38,586 bases of DNA from Nemertoderma westbladi (Eukaryota; Animalia; Xenacoelomorpha): positions 1 to 38,586 of the forward strand of contig JAUCBJ010007933.1 in assembly GCA_032718475.1 (NCBI GenBank), in the 5' to 3' direction. A model generated the notes under the pieces. That model had not been told where the DNA came from. It worked only from the letters and a program-made list of their open reading frames with translations, and ran no database searches. The position numbers and the translations under genes were made by a program. Below, piece after piece: positions 26,019 through 36,107 of the stretch. Numbering within the stretch: the first letter of the stretch is position 1; every line of letters starts with the position of its first letter.

Positions 26019-26029
26019 ATATCCGTTAT
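26019..26029 (-). promoter_or_regulatory. Non-tRNA primer-binding site candidate (ATAACGGATAT)
   Basis: Abuts the 5' LTR, has no TGG, and is perfectly complementary to LTR-internal 26774-26784 on the same strand. Confidence 0.55.
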
Positions 26030-27215
26030 TGTTCGCGCTTTCAGACCTTTGGCAGTTTAACCCACCAAATTAGGATGTCTTCTAGATAATAATTCGCTTT
26101 TAGCCTATGACAAGTATTTGATTCACTACACTAGTCGAAACCAATCTGTGCGCGATCATTCACCCGCTGGATATACCCGGGAGATTGGGTTCGACGGCTT
26201 AATCGTATTGCTATGTAAGCCTAATGTATTATTCGACTGACAGTATTATATAATCTCTGACAATATTATTCACCTTCGGGAAATATTAACAGTTCCTTTA
26301 GGACGTGGCGCTCTACCTATATAAACAGAGTTATGACTTAAACTACTCACAACGATATGGCTTAGTTATAATTCACATATATGGCGCATTCTTTAGGAAA
26401 TGCTTCGTTATCAGTCTCACTCATACACAATGCTGCACAATACTGCACACTGATCTGCCGATCTTCACTGATTTTAGTCACATATAAAAGGAACACGGAC
26501 CGAATCATGTAGGGTCTATCAAATAACATTAGATTCACTTCAAACCACTTTAACATAAGTCACAATCGTTATATGTAACCTTTCTCTCTTACCTTCGGTA
26601 TATCAAGAATATTGGGTTTCGGGGTTATTTATCGTTATTCCAAATATAATAATTCATCAACCATATTATGAAGAACTGACAGTAAATAGCAGTATAACAA
26701 TATAAAGTATGCACAGGTTGTTTGATTAGATATGGTATGTTATGTTGTGATAAATGCAGTGATCAGACATCAGATAACGGATATATGTCCTTATAATTAA
26801 GCCTACTAGTGTAAGACTAAAACTGAAAACACGGAGGTGCCAAAAGCCGGTTCTTAGGCTCTGGGCAAAAACATAACACTGAACTACTGAGTTTCTGTAT
26901 ACACCTCCAACACAGAGACAACAAACGCTCTGATTGGTCAACCTGAACAACGAGAGAACAAAGAAACAAAGAAACGTCAACGTGGCAATATCAGCTGCTA
27001 GCCGTCGTCATGGTAGCGACACTGTTTTCAAAAGTATCCAGCTATTGCGTCACGAGATTGTGGATTATGTCCTCTAAAGTACAAATACAGTACAAATACA
27101 TAAGAAATGACTTTTATGTCCTCTAAAACACCAGTACAGCAAGGACACGGCCTGCAAACCTACTACATAGTACTTTAAGGGAAAATAACCGGCTAATTAC
27201 GCAAAAGCTTATACA
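26030..27215 (-). repeat. 5' LTR (1186 bp)
   Basis: TGTTCGCGC...TTATACA. Differs from the 3' LTR by a few substitutions and two small indels. Confidence 0.95.
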
Positions 27216-27660
27216 ATGATGATGTTAAGCAAACAATTCGAACACCACCAGGTCAGCCAAATACGATAATAGAGGAAGACCAAACATTGCCAAATCGTCT
27301 ATATCACTTTCTACACCAGAGCAATCTACGTGTTTAACCCGAGTACTTGGACAAATATGGGACCTTGACGACGACGAACTCAGATATAATGTATCAAATA
27401 TTCACAACTTTTTATCTTCAATTAAACCATGCAAACGAGCCGTTCTTCAATTATTTGCTCGTTTATATGATACTCTAGGTCTTATTGCTCCGTTTACAGC
27501 AAAAATGAAAATTACCTTCCATGAACTTTGTGTAGAAAAAAAAGGCTGATCGGAATGACGAATTACCATCACATAAATTCTAAAGCAATGGAATGAATGG
27601 ATGAAAACATTACGACTTATTAACAAAGTTCGGATACCAAGATATTTATTTAATAAGATA
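27216..27660 (+). pseudogene. Older BEL/Pao pol relic, right part (RT to RNase H region)
   Basis: TRVLGQIWDLDDDELRY...PCKRAVLQLFARLYDTLGLIAPF...KQWNEWMKTL...VRIPRYL matches the Pao pattern KVLG.W...TKR..LS...FDPLG...IPR, with stops and frameshifts. Confidence 0.85.
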
Positions 27661-28228
27661 AGAGTTTGTCGTTCCTTCGCGGATTCACTATTATCGATCG
27701 CACCCGAGTTCTCAGTGCACACCAAACACAGTGCATCGCTCGGGAAGTTCAAATTCCCTTTGCGTCACATTGTTAGTTGGTAACAATGTGAGTTATGAGT
27801 TGCTTAAATGTCGAAGGTTGGGAGAATGGAGTGGAGATGCGGCAGAGTTCAGTGAATATAATCCTCCTATTTCTACAAGAGTAGTGTACACAGGCTAATA
27901 ATTATATTGCTGTAAAGAGATTTTACTGTATAATGAATTGTATGGCGGCATGAATATGGATTGCTTGTGGAGAAAGGATTAAGTTATATTATTCTCTACA
28001 AATTCATCATTCCATACGTGAAAAAAAAATCTATAAGCTTATTATTACAGGATCTGTTGCTTCTCCTAACTACAGTAATATAATGTTGTACAGGATACAA
28101 ATTGTAATAAAAATAACGCTGTTAAATTAAATTAAAGTATTCCCTTTATTCGACTTGGTGGTGCCAACTTCTGTGATATTGTACCCGGTGGTAGGCCTAT
28201 ATCACATTCATTCAGGGTTTCTAAACAC

Positions 28229-28364
28229 ATGGCAATCCCTGATATGGTGACGGCATTATTATGCCTATTATTGTTGACACTACAAGTCAATAGACTTGCA
28301 GCTGAAAGTGCTGCTACCGACGATATTTCAGAAGATATTGAAGTGAAGAAAAGGGCCACTACTG
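28229..28364 (+). CDS. First coding exon of a putative secreted prepro-peptide or protein
   Basis: MAIPDMVTALLCLLLLTLQVNRLAAESAATDDISEDIEVKKRATT: hydrophobic signal peptide, acidic spacer and KKR site. Acceptor cattcAG at 28214-28215 and donor G|GTTAGT at 28365. Confidence 0.6.
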
Positions 28365-28479
28365 GTTAGTTAAATACCGTACTAATTCGTTAGTTAATAG
28401 AAATATGAAATAAAGCTACAATATCCAATAAATAAAATCTATGATACAATATCAATAGATCCAGAGCAACCCCTGCCTA

Positions 28480-28772
28480 GGTTCCACCTTGGTGTAGTGG
28501 TCGCATTGATTTTACATCTCCCGTAGGTCGTGGGTTCGATCCTAACATGGGCCAGGGCAGTTTTAGTTTCTGCACGAATGCTTTAAAGGGACCAGCCAGG
28601 GCGCATCTCTGCCTTAGTGCCTTGCTCCCTTAAGTGTTAGCTAAATGAGTACTGGAGTTTCCTCTGGGGAGTAAATTTCTGGGGGGACCGCACTATAAGT
28701 CGTCAGACTTTGGGCGTAATGTAATCCCTGGCCTAGCGGCCGAAGAAAATTTACTTTTACTTTGCTTTTTTT
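28480..28772 (+). mobile_element. tRNA-derived SINE
   Basis: A box TGGTGTAGTGG (28490-28500), B box GGTTCGATCC (28533-28542), central AAATGAGTAC motif and a 3' TTTACTTTTACTTTGCTTTTTT tail. Confidence 0.8.
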
Positions 28773-29668
28773 GCCACATATTTACAAACACGGCATTGAA
28801 TTCAAGAATTCAACCTGAAGTAAGAACCAATCCGAGACCAGCAGATGATAAATATATCTTCTGGTGAGACCGTATGGGATTTCGGGAATGTTTTGTAATG
28901 TAAAATATATGCTTTGTAAATGTCGCAAACGTCTGGAATTTTTTGTTATGTAATATATTGGATGCGCAAACAGACTTTATTGTTTTCAAAGAAACAATAT
29001 TCCAGAAATTTTACAATTTGGTTCTACAGTATATTGTGAATAATTTTTTGTAAGTAGGTAAAAGCCAAGGTGTACTAAATAACAGGTCATGCACGATCGG
29101 ATTGCTGAAATTAGCGTGGGCCGACCTTTTCCCAATTTATGGCACTATTTTCATAATATTTCTTTATAAACTTATTTTATGCTACTTTGGTTAGGTGGAT
29201 ATGATGACTAGGGTTCATAGAAATGTAATAAAATGGCTTTCTGGAGTTTTTATCTTGTAGTTGCCAAGGTAACCGGGTGCAAAGTTCAAACTTTGCGCGC
29301 CTGTATTTCAAGGCGACAATGGATTCTTCCCTTGAGATTTGGTAGGTGATTAAAGGAAATAAAAGTCTATCAAAATAGTTTACATTTGAATTTGTTTACA
29401 TTCCCGTTGTCATGGAAATAAGTATCATTTCCATTTCATTCATATAAAACACCATTTTTATTCGGTTTGTCAGTCTAAATAATAAGTTAAAATTGCCAAC
29501 ATTTTATTTTATAATTCGTCAATTGTGAATCATATTTCTAAAAGTCAATATTTGCCCATAAACTAAATTGGCTGGGTTTGGTTTAGTCTAGAGAGGGGCT
29601 ATTCCTACTGCATGAAGCATAGCCATCCATTGATAGCTGCGTCGGTGTAAGTGCCAATCAACTAGTTG

Positions 29669-29752
29669 GAGTGGCCTGGTGTAATGGTTCTCTACGTGGG
29701 TGTATCTCTAGGTAGACGTCAGCATTGGCGGGTTTAAGTCTCCCTCACACTC
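29669..29752 (+). pseudogene. Degenerate tRNA-like sequence or SINE head
   Basis: GAGTG...CACTC acceptor-like stem, A box TGGTGTAATGG and decayed B box GGTTTAAGTCT. Confidence 0.3.
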
Positions 29753-30136
29753 GAACGTCATGTCTCCCCACATGGGCTTTTTTTCTATTAATTGATATAA
29801 TTTCAAAACGGCTGAACCAAAACTGGAAAACAATACATGGCAGGATAGTGCAATAATTAGTCAACACCTGTTGTGAATTACAATTCATACAGTAAAAAAG
29901 GATGCGAATTTTCATTCGTTGTAAAGGGCAAAAATTTACTTTTGAACCCAGAAAACGTTTATTGACAATAAAACAAAAAATAACCAAAAGGTAATAAAAC
30001 ATTGTTGCGCGGGTGTAGCCAACATGTACTTTACACATTATTGTGTGGTATTGTTAAATAATTTACAATAGTTTTTGAGTTATTAAAAAAAATCAAGTCT
30101 CCCCTAAAGTCAAGTCTCCCTCACTCACCCTACAGT

Positions 30137-30700
30137 ATTTACATACTTGTGTGTAAAGTAGCACTTTCCAGTGTGATGATCCGAGTGGCTTTGTTACACG
30201 CGCGAACGTTTTAGTGAGTGAGTGAAAATAAAGCCACGAGGATCAGAACACTCTAAAGTACTTTGCAACAAGTATGTATGTAGTTTTATTCCAAAAGTTT
30301 AACATTACGAAATGATTGTACATATACATTATAAGTGATAGATAAGTTATAAATAAGTTAGACTATATTTATGGTGGCGTTTGGAGCCATGTTATAATAA
30401 TTTAAGCAATAATGGTTATTAATAGCTATACCCCGCCTACCGGTAGGTAATGCAGTAGGCCTATCTGGGTGTCAGGCAAATTTCCACCTATTGTTTACGT
30501 GGTAACCCATGACGGCGTTAAGTTATGTCCCCTTAGTGGACATTACTTAACGTCGTCATGCGTCGTCACGTAAACAATAACACCAAATACAATACTAATA
30601 ATGTACAGGCCAATACAATGCTGTAATGTCTTCTAAAGTTGTGTGTGCTAAATAACAACTCCCACTAACGGCGTTGAGTAATGTTACAATTTTGGAATAA
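30137..30700. mobile_element. Hairpin-ended non-autonomous element (Crypton-like architecture, tentative)
   Basis: ~140-bp terminal hairpin (30140-30278), inverted pair TTATTCCAAAA..TAACATTAC (30286-30308 and 30678-30700), and an internal ~85-bp hairpin (30491-30577). Confidence 0.55.
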
Positions 30701-30710
30701 TAAATGTTTA

Positions 30711-31176
30711 CCAATGGGAGATGGTTTAGCGCGAAATTTAAACTCAAATGTTTTCCTGCATTTTACTTAAATGTGCTTTTTTATACTAAAAATATATCTC
30801 CTCCACCATTTCTTAACGGATTTAATTTTTTTTGTGGGAGGTAGTAGCTGAGGATTGTGTTTGCAGAAAAATGGGCCGGATTTTCAAAATTTTGCCTCAG
30901 TCCGAAGTTATGACGTCATCAATGTCATTTTTCGAAAAAAAAAACAAAATGTTATGAATAAATGACATTTGTGACGTCATAACATTTGATTGCAGCAAAA
31001 TTTTGAAAATCTGCCCTATTATTCTGTAGACACAATCTTTACCTACAATGTCCAACAAACAGAATCGAAATCCGTTAAGAAATGGCGGATAAATTTTTAA
31101 TAAAATATAAGCACATTTGAGAAAAATTCAGGTAAACATTTGAGTTTGAATTTCACCGTGAACCATCTCCTATTGG
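30711..31176. mobile_element. Foldback MITE with ~220-bp inverted arms
   Basis: CCAAT(G/A)GGAGATGGTT...TGACGTCA...AATGTCATTT arm is mirrored at 30960-31176. Flanks are TTTA and TTAA. Confidence 0.85.
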
Positions 31177-31627
31177 TTAATATTTATTATGTCAATAATC
31201 AATAACCAATTGGTTATAATCGATAATTAAGACTTGTTCTAAGGTCTAAAAATACGCTGAGTCCATTTCTGCAGTGATAATTAGAAAATAGTTAAGAATT
31301 AAAGATATATTTAGTTATTTAAATATAGTTATTATATTAACTAGTAATTTTATTAAATTAGTGGAATATTTAAATGGCTGTATCTCAAAAACTAAAAGTC
31401 GTATATCGATCCAGATTTTACCATTAAAATCACAGATAAAATTAAAAATAAAATGTTCAAATTTTACCAAATTTTTTACCCATTTTTCAAATTTTTAAAT
31501 TTTAAATTGTTTATGGTAGACGGGGTATAGCTATTAATAACCAGTTGGGCCAAGCTATATTATTATAACATGGCTCCAAACGCCACCATAAATATAAGGT
31601 GACTTATTTATAACATAATTTATGTAA

Positions 31628-34600
31628 TTTTTACATTTATTTATACAGCAAAAATAACTTATATACGGGTATTAAAATATAACTCGTAAATGTATGTATA
31701 TCTTATATTAGTTACTTTCAGTTTTAATCATGGGGCGAATAACCCGGAAACTAAACGTCGTACAGTCCGTGGTGTGGTGTGTCGGCCGTTCCCATCACTG
31801 ATGCAGCATTTCCCACCAAAATCGCCACAGCAAGGTGCTGCAGGAGAAACTGGTGGGAGCGGGGTTCGTGCGTGGCGATGTGGACGCGGGACCCGACCTC
31901 CCGTAGGAATGTGGCAGTCTCGGGTCCTGGGTGGCCGAAAGTCTCATAGGCCACGGGATGGAATAAGTGGCCCCGCTCCATCACCTCTCGGTACTTTATG
32001 TTCTTTGCCCGGTCTGCTCCTTCTGCAGCCCGCCCACCGGCAACCAGAGTTCGTTGAAGGTGGCTGGGTGCGAGGGGATGGGTGACAGTGGAATCCCAAG
32101 CCAGTGTGCGGCCCTGGCTCCATGGAACCAGAGTCACCCATCGGCCCTCGTCCCGTCAGTCCGGCAGAGGCCAGGTGGCTCCAGGATGGACGGAACCCCA
32201 CAGCTGACCAGCGCCCGCCTCACTAGGTCATTCAACATAGCATGACGGGGGTGCCGGCCAGCGCTCTTCTGGCAGCATAGACCATGGAGGCCATCCGGAC
32301 TGCCACAGAGGCAGGTATGGGGCTCGACCACCTTGCAACCCAGCCGAGTGGCAACGGCGATCCTAAATTGGCTGTCGTCGAGCTTCAGCCCCAACGAGGA
32401 ACTGGGCAGGGCATTGAGCCAACAGCCAGCGACTGGGTGGTCGAGGGAGTTAAACCTCGCGAGGTTGTCGGGTGTCGCACTGAGGCGCAATGCATCCAGG
32501 TTTGCAGCATGGACCAGGGCCATCCACGCGCTCTGCATGGTCGTTGTTAGGGGCATCGCATCGAGAGGAAGTGAGGCATTCAGGGCCTCGACGGCCAATT
32601 CGGCAGCTGGGCTCGGCGCTCCCTCTGACGGGAGAAGGTGGTTGGAAAGAGTCGCGCAGGCAGCCGCTGAAGCCAGGAAGGTGGAGGGTGCGAGCTGCAT
32701 AGTGGAACTCAATCCGAGACTGCCCACCCGTGCAGGGAGGCAGGACTGGGCCCACGCAGGGTCGTCGATGGGGGCGTTTGCGACCTCTTGGAGGGCACTG
32801 CGGAGGAGACAGTCGTAGTCCCGAAGCTGTTGTGGGAAATGGAAGCAGGGTGCCGTCCGAAGGAAGTATGTAAGCCGGGGGATGGCGAACGAGTTCCTCA
32901 GAAGGAAGAACCCATGGTGCGCATCGAGGAGTGGCAGGCGGTTGGCGAGGGTAGACAGGTCCCCCACCTTTGCGGCTATGCATGATGCAATGGCGACGTC
33001 TCTGATGGGGGCACCCAGCATTGTCAGCTGCTCCAATGGTGGGTACTGAATGCTGCACAGACCCCGTCAAACGCCGACGGAATCCGGGAGCGAGAAACTT
33101 CCGACTCTGGTCCCAGGAAGAACAACTCGCTCTTGCCAGGGTTTATTACCAACCCACACTCCCTTCCCTCCCCCTCCGCAATGATCCCCTTCAGGTCCTC
33201 CAAGACCAGCTGGTAGTCATCAGATAAGTTGCCATCATCCAAATACCAGACGTTAAAAGTAGACTGCCTGGCCTGGATGATGGGGTTCGCTGTATCACCT
33301 AAGAGGGGTGGACCATCCGAGTCCCCCTGCTGAACCCCCTCGTCGGAAAGGAAAGTTTGGTCCCCGTGGAGGAGAAAGGATGCCTCCCCATACGCCGCGA
33401 GGGTGTAGTTGTAGATGGAGGGGTGGCACTGGTGGATGGTCTCCAACATGGAGTCACGGCAGACGGAGTTGAAGGCATTGCTTAAATCGACTTTCAGCAA
33501 AACCGTTCCTGCCAGGTTCTCCCTTGTTGCTAATGCCCGTACTGCATGGGCTGCAGCTTCCGCACCCAGCTTACAACCGATGCCGAGCTGGGCTGACCCG
33601 TACGAACTGGTGCGGGTATCCATCGCCAAACGCCCAGCGTACTTCGAGCAGAGTCGCCGGAGGGCAACTCCGACGGCTATGGGTCGGATTCCTCCGCCTG
33701 TCTTTGTGAAGGTGAAAAGATTTGCGCCGAAGAATAGCGGGCGGATAACCTTGGGTATGTCACCCGCCACCATTATGTCTACAAACCTTGAGAGTGAGGA
33801 CAGAAGACGCTCAGCAGCCTCACTATTGGATGGGCTGACCAGGACCTTACCCTATCCGGGCCTCCTGCACTGCCACATGGGTAGGAGGGAATCAATTTCC
33901 GTAGGATGGCGGGGAAACAAGGGTTGGTGGATGTGGATACCGGCGGTGGCGGGTCTCTCCGATTGTCGGGTCTGGTTGGGTGCTTTCTCCACAGCATCCC
34001 CAGCGTCTCCGGGGTGTCTGGGGCGATGGAGTCTATGGAGGAGGCAAAACGGATGGCTCCCTTGACTTCGCCGTCCTCTATCTTCTCAGCCATGGCGGTG
34101 GCAAGTCGCACCGATTAAACTGTTACCTTCTGGCGAAGGGTGGCACTCGGGTGGGTTGGCGGGTGACTCATCCCTAATCGCATTGAGAAAGTTGGAGATC
34201 TGGTGGTTAACCAGGGAGGCTGGTGCTTCCTCCCACCTCGCGTGGGTGCTGGGATACAGGAGTGGCCGACTAGGAGTAAACTGGACCAGTTACCCACACT
34301 CGTCGGGTCCGCTGCAATCGCCGAGAAAATCTCAGTGAACAGATCTGCGAAGTTTACCCTAGAAGCCTTTGGGACGTGTCGCAACTGTCGGGTTCGCCAG
34401 CCCCGCCGTAGCGCCAGGATATCCTCGGCCGTAAAATCATGACCCGCAGTGCCGCCAGGTGACCCATTAGCCGCCGCATGTCCCCGTGAATGAGAAGGAT
34501 CCCCCGGTGGGCCGTCAGTACCTGGACAACGCTGGTTAGTAGCGCCGTGATGCGTGATCACAGTTAGCCTTCCACACACTGGGCACAACCCACGCCCGCC

Positions 34601-34700
34601 ACATGAGCGGTCTCCCATGGGACCAGCGCTTCCTGAGGGCGGAGCAAAGGGGACAGATACACCAACATCCGGGGCCGAGGGGACAGATACATACACAGAT
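31628..34700 (-). mobile_element. CRE-clade non-LTR retrotransposon (RT plus restriction-like endonuclease), decayed
   Basis: N-terminal CPVC..HH finger. RT motifs GGIRPIAVG, QLGIG, VDLSNAFN, GVQQGD, WYLDDG. C-terminal HTCLC..HGLCC, RHPRH, EPPGL..DGTRADG/LVPW..G..LAWD.TV, PVAYETFG. Split into five ORFs by stops and frameshifts; ends approximate. Confidence 0.88.
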
Positions 34701-34811
34701 AATTGTTTATTGAATTATATAAAACAATTTCTTAAATTTTTCATAATAAATATTATACTTATTTGTGCGGTGTAATTAAATATGGAGGATCCCAGGTTCA
34801 AAGACGACACC

Positions 34812-35058
34812 ATAAAAATAAATTAAATTTATTTAAATTTTAAATTTATTAAAATTTTAAATTTATTTAAATTTTAAATTTATTTAAATTTTAAATTTAT
34901 TTAAATTTTAAATTTATTTAAATTTATTTAAATTTTAAATTTATTTAAATTTTAAATTTATTTAAATTTTAAATTTATTTAAATTTTAAATTTATTTAAA
35001 TTTTAAATTTATTTAAATTTTAAATTTATTTAAATTTTAAATTTATTTAAATTTAAAT
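34812..35058. repeat. Pure A/T 17-bp minisatellite (AAATTTTAAATTTATTT)n, ~13 copies
   Basis: About 245 bp with no G or C and a regular 17-bp unit. Confidence 0.92.
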
Positions 35059-35419
35059 CATAAATTTTGAAAAATAATCTTCTGTTGCGGTTATGGATCC
35101 TTAAATGCTAATTTTCGGCTTATCAATTTTTGTTCAGTTTTGCAGTTTCAGTTCAACAATTTTGCAGTTTAAATGCAGCACGCCGATTATAGATAGATAT
35201 ATTCTTATTATCTGATTAGGATTATTTATAAATAGATTAACATAAAACATGAATCATTTAAAATATCTTAAGGCATGCCCTCCGGACAAATAAGTTAACG
35301 TTTAGAGTAGAAACGAAGTTCTTGCATAAGTCACAATGAGTTTATCAACCTCGCATTCTTTAAGTTTAGTGGGGGTAGAATCCTTCAAAACAAGAGGATA
35401 GTCATAACTTACCATTACT

Positions 35420-35890
35420 TTGGGGGGGGGGGGGGGGGGGGGGGGGGTCATGGCCATGTTAGTTTTTGTGCTATGCTATGGTGGTCCCTTTCTGGCGCCG
35501 ATCTCCAGTATATTTCGTGGTAAAATTTTCAAAGGTTTTTAAGACTCACTAAAATAAATTTATTATTAATAGCGGTTTTTTTGGATGCTGATCACGATTA
35601 TAACATTCGAGAAAATTTTTGTTAATTTTGAATAAGGCCCCCTGTGGCACGGACAAAACAAGTAGTGCAAATATGATTATGATAAATCAAATCAATTTTA
35701 TGACCATATAGGTTTTTTGGGATGCTGGTCACGAATATGACACTGAAATATATCGTATATTTGTTGACGAAAAATACAATTAGCACAAATTTGATAATAA
35801 AAAATCATCACCAAATAAACTGATTGTTAGATATTATGGCTTTTCTGGGACGATGATCACGAATAAGACACTCAAATATATCGTTATTAT
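35420..35890. repeat. MITE-like fragment with a G-run and ~130-bp diverged tandem units
   Basis: Poly-G followed by TCA, as in element 3-1565. TTTT.GGATGCTG(A/G)TCACGA.TATGACA-type motif at ~35575, ~35712 and ~35840. Confidence 0.55.
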
Positions 35891-36107
35891 CCAACCAAAT
35901 GAGATTTTTGCCGTTTGATATGTTACGCTACTTGCATTTTTCGTTCCACCAGACATGTTACGGTAGCTGAGATGGTGATTTACCTGCATCGCTCCGTAAG
36001 CTGAATTTTACGCGATTTACGTCGGTCTGTCACACGTTATTGTATAACCAAAAGAACTGAGTTTGTTGATAATATGAATTGTAATAATTGCTGATATAAA
36101 TAATGTC

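Larger units (their letters stand above)
11741..27215 (-). mobile_element. Full-length BEL/Pao LTR retrotransposon
   Basis: Two ~1.19-kb LTRs (TG...CA) and a 5-bp TSD ATGAT (11736-11740, 27216-27220). Single gag-pol with domain order Gag-PR-RT-RH-IN and three zinc knuckles. Confidence 0.97.

Noticed and set aside
29050-30135. MITE-like fragments (GTTGCCAAGGTAAC motifs; TCAAGTCTCCC doublet ending CACCCTA)
   Set aside because: Probably TE debris, but I could not pair termini or define boundaries.
35984-36056. Minus-strand donor TGCAG|GTAAAT that would fit the phase-2 PAN exon
   Set aside because: In-frame TGA upstream, no PAN cysteines, and 31 kb away.
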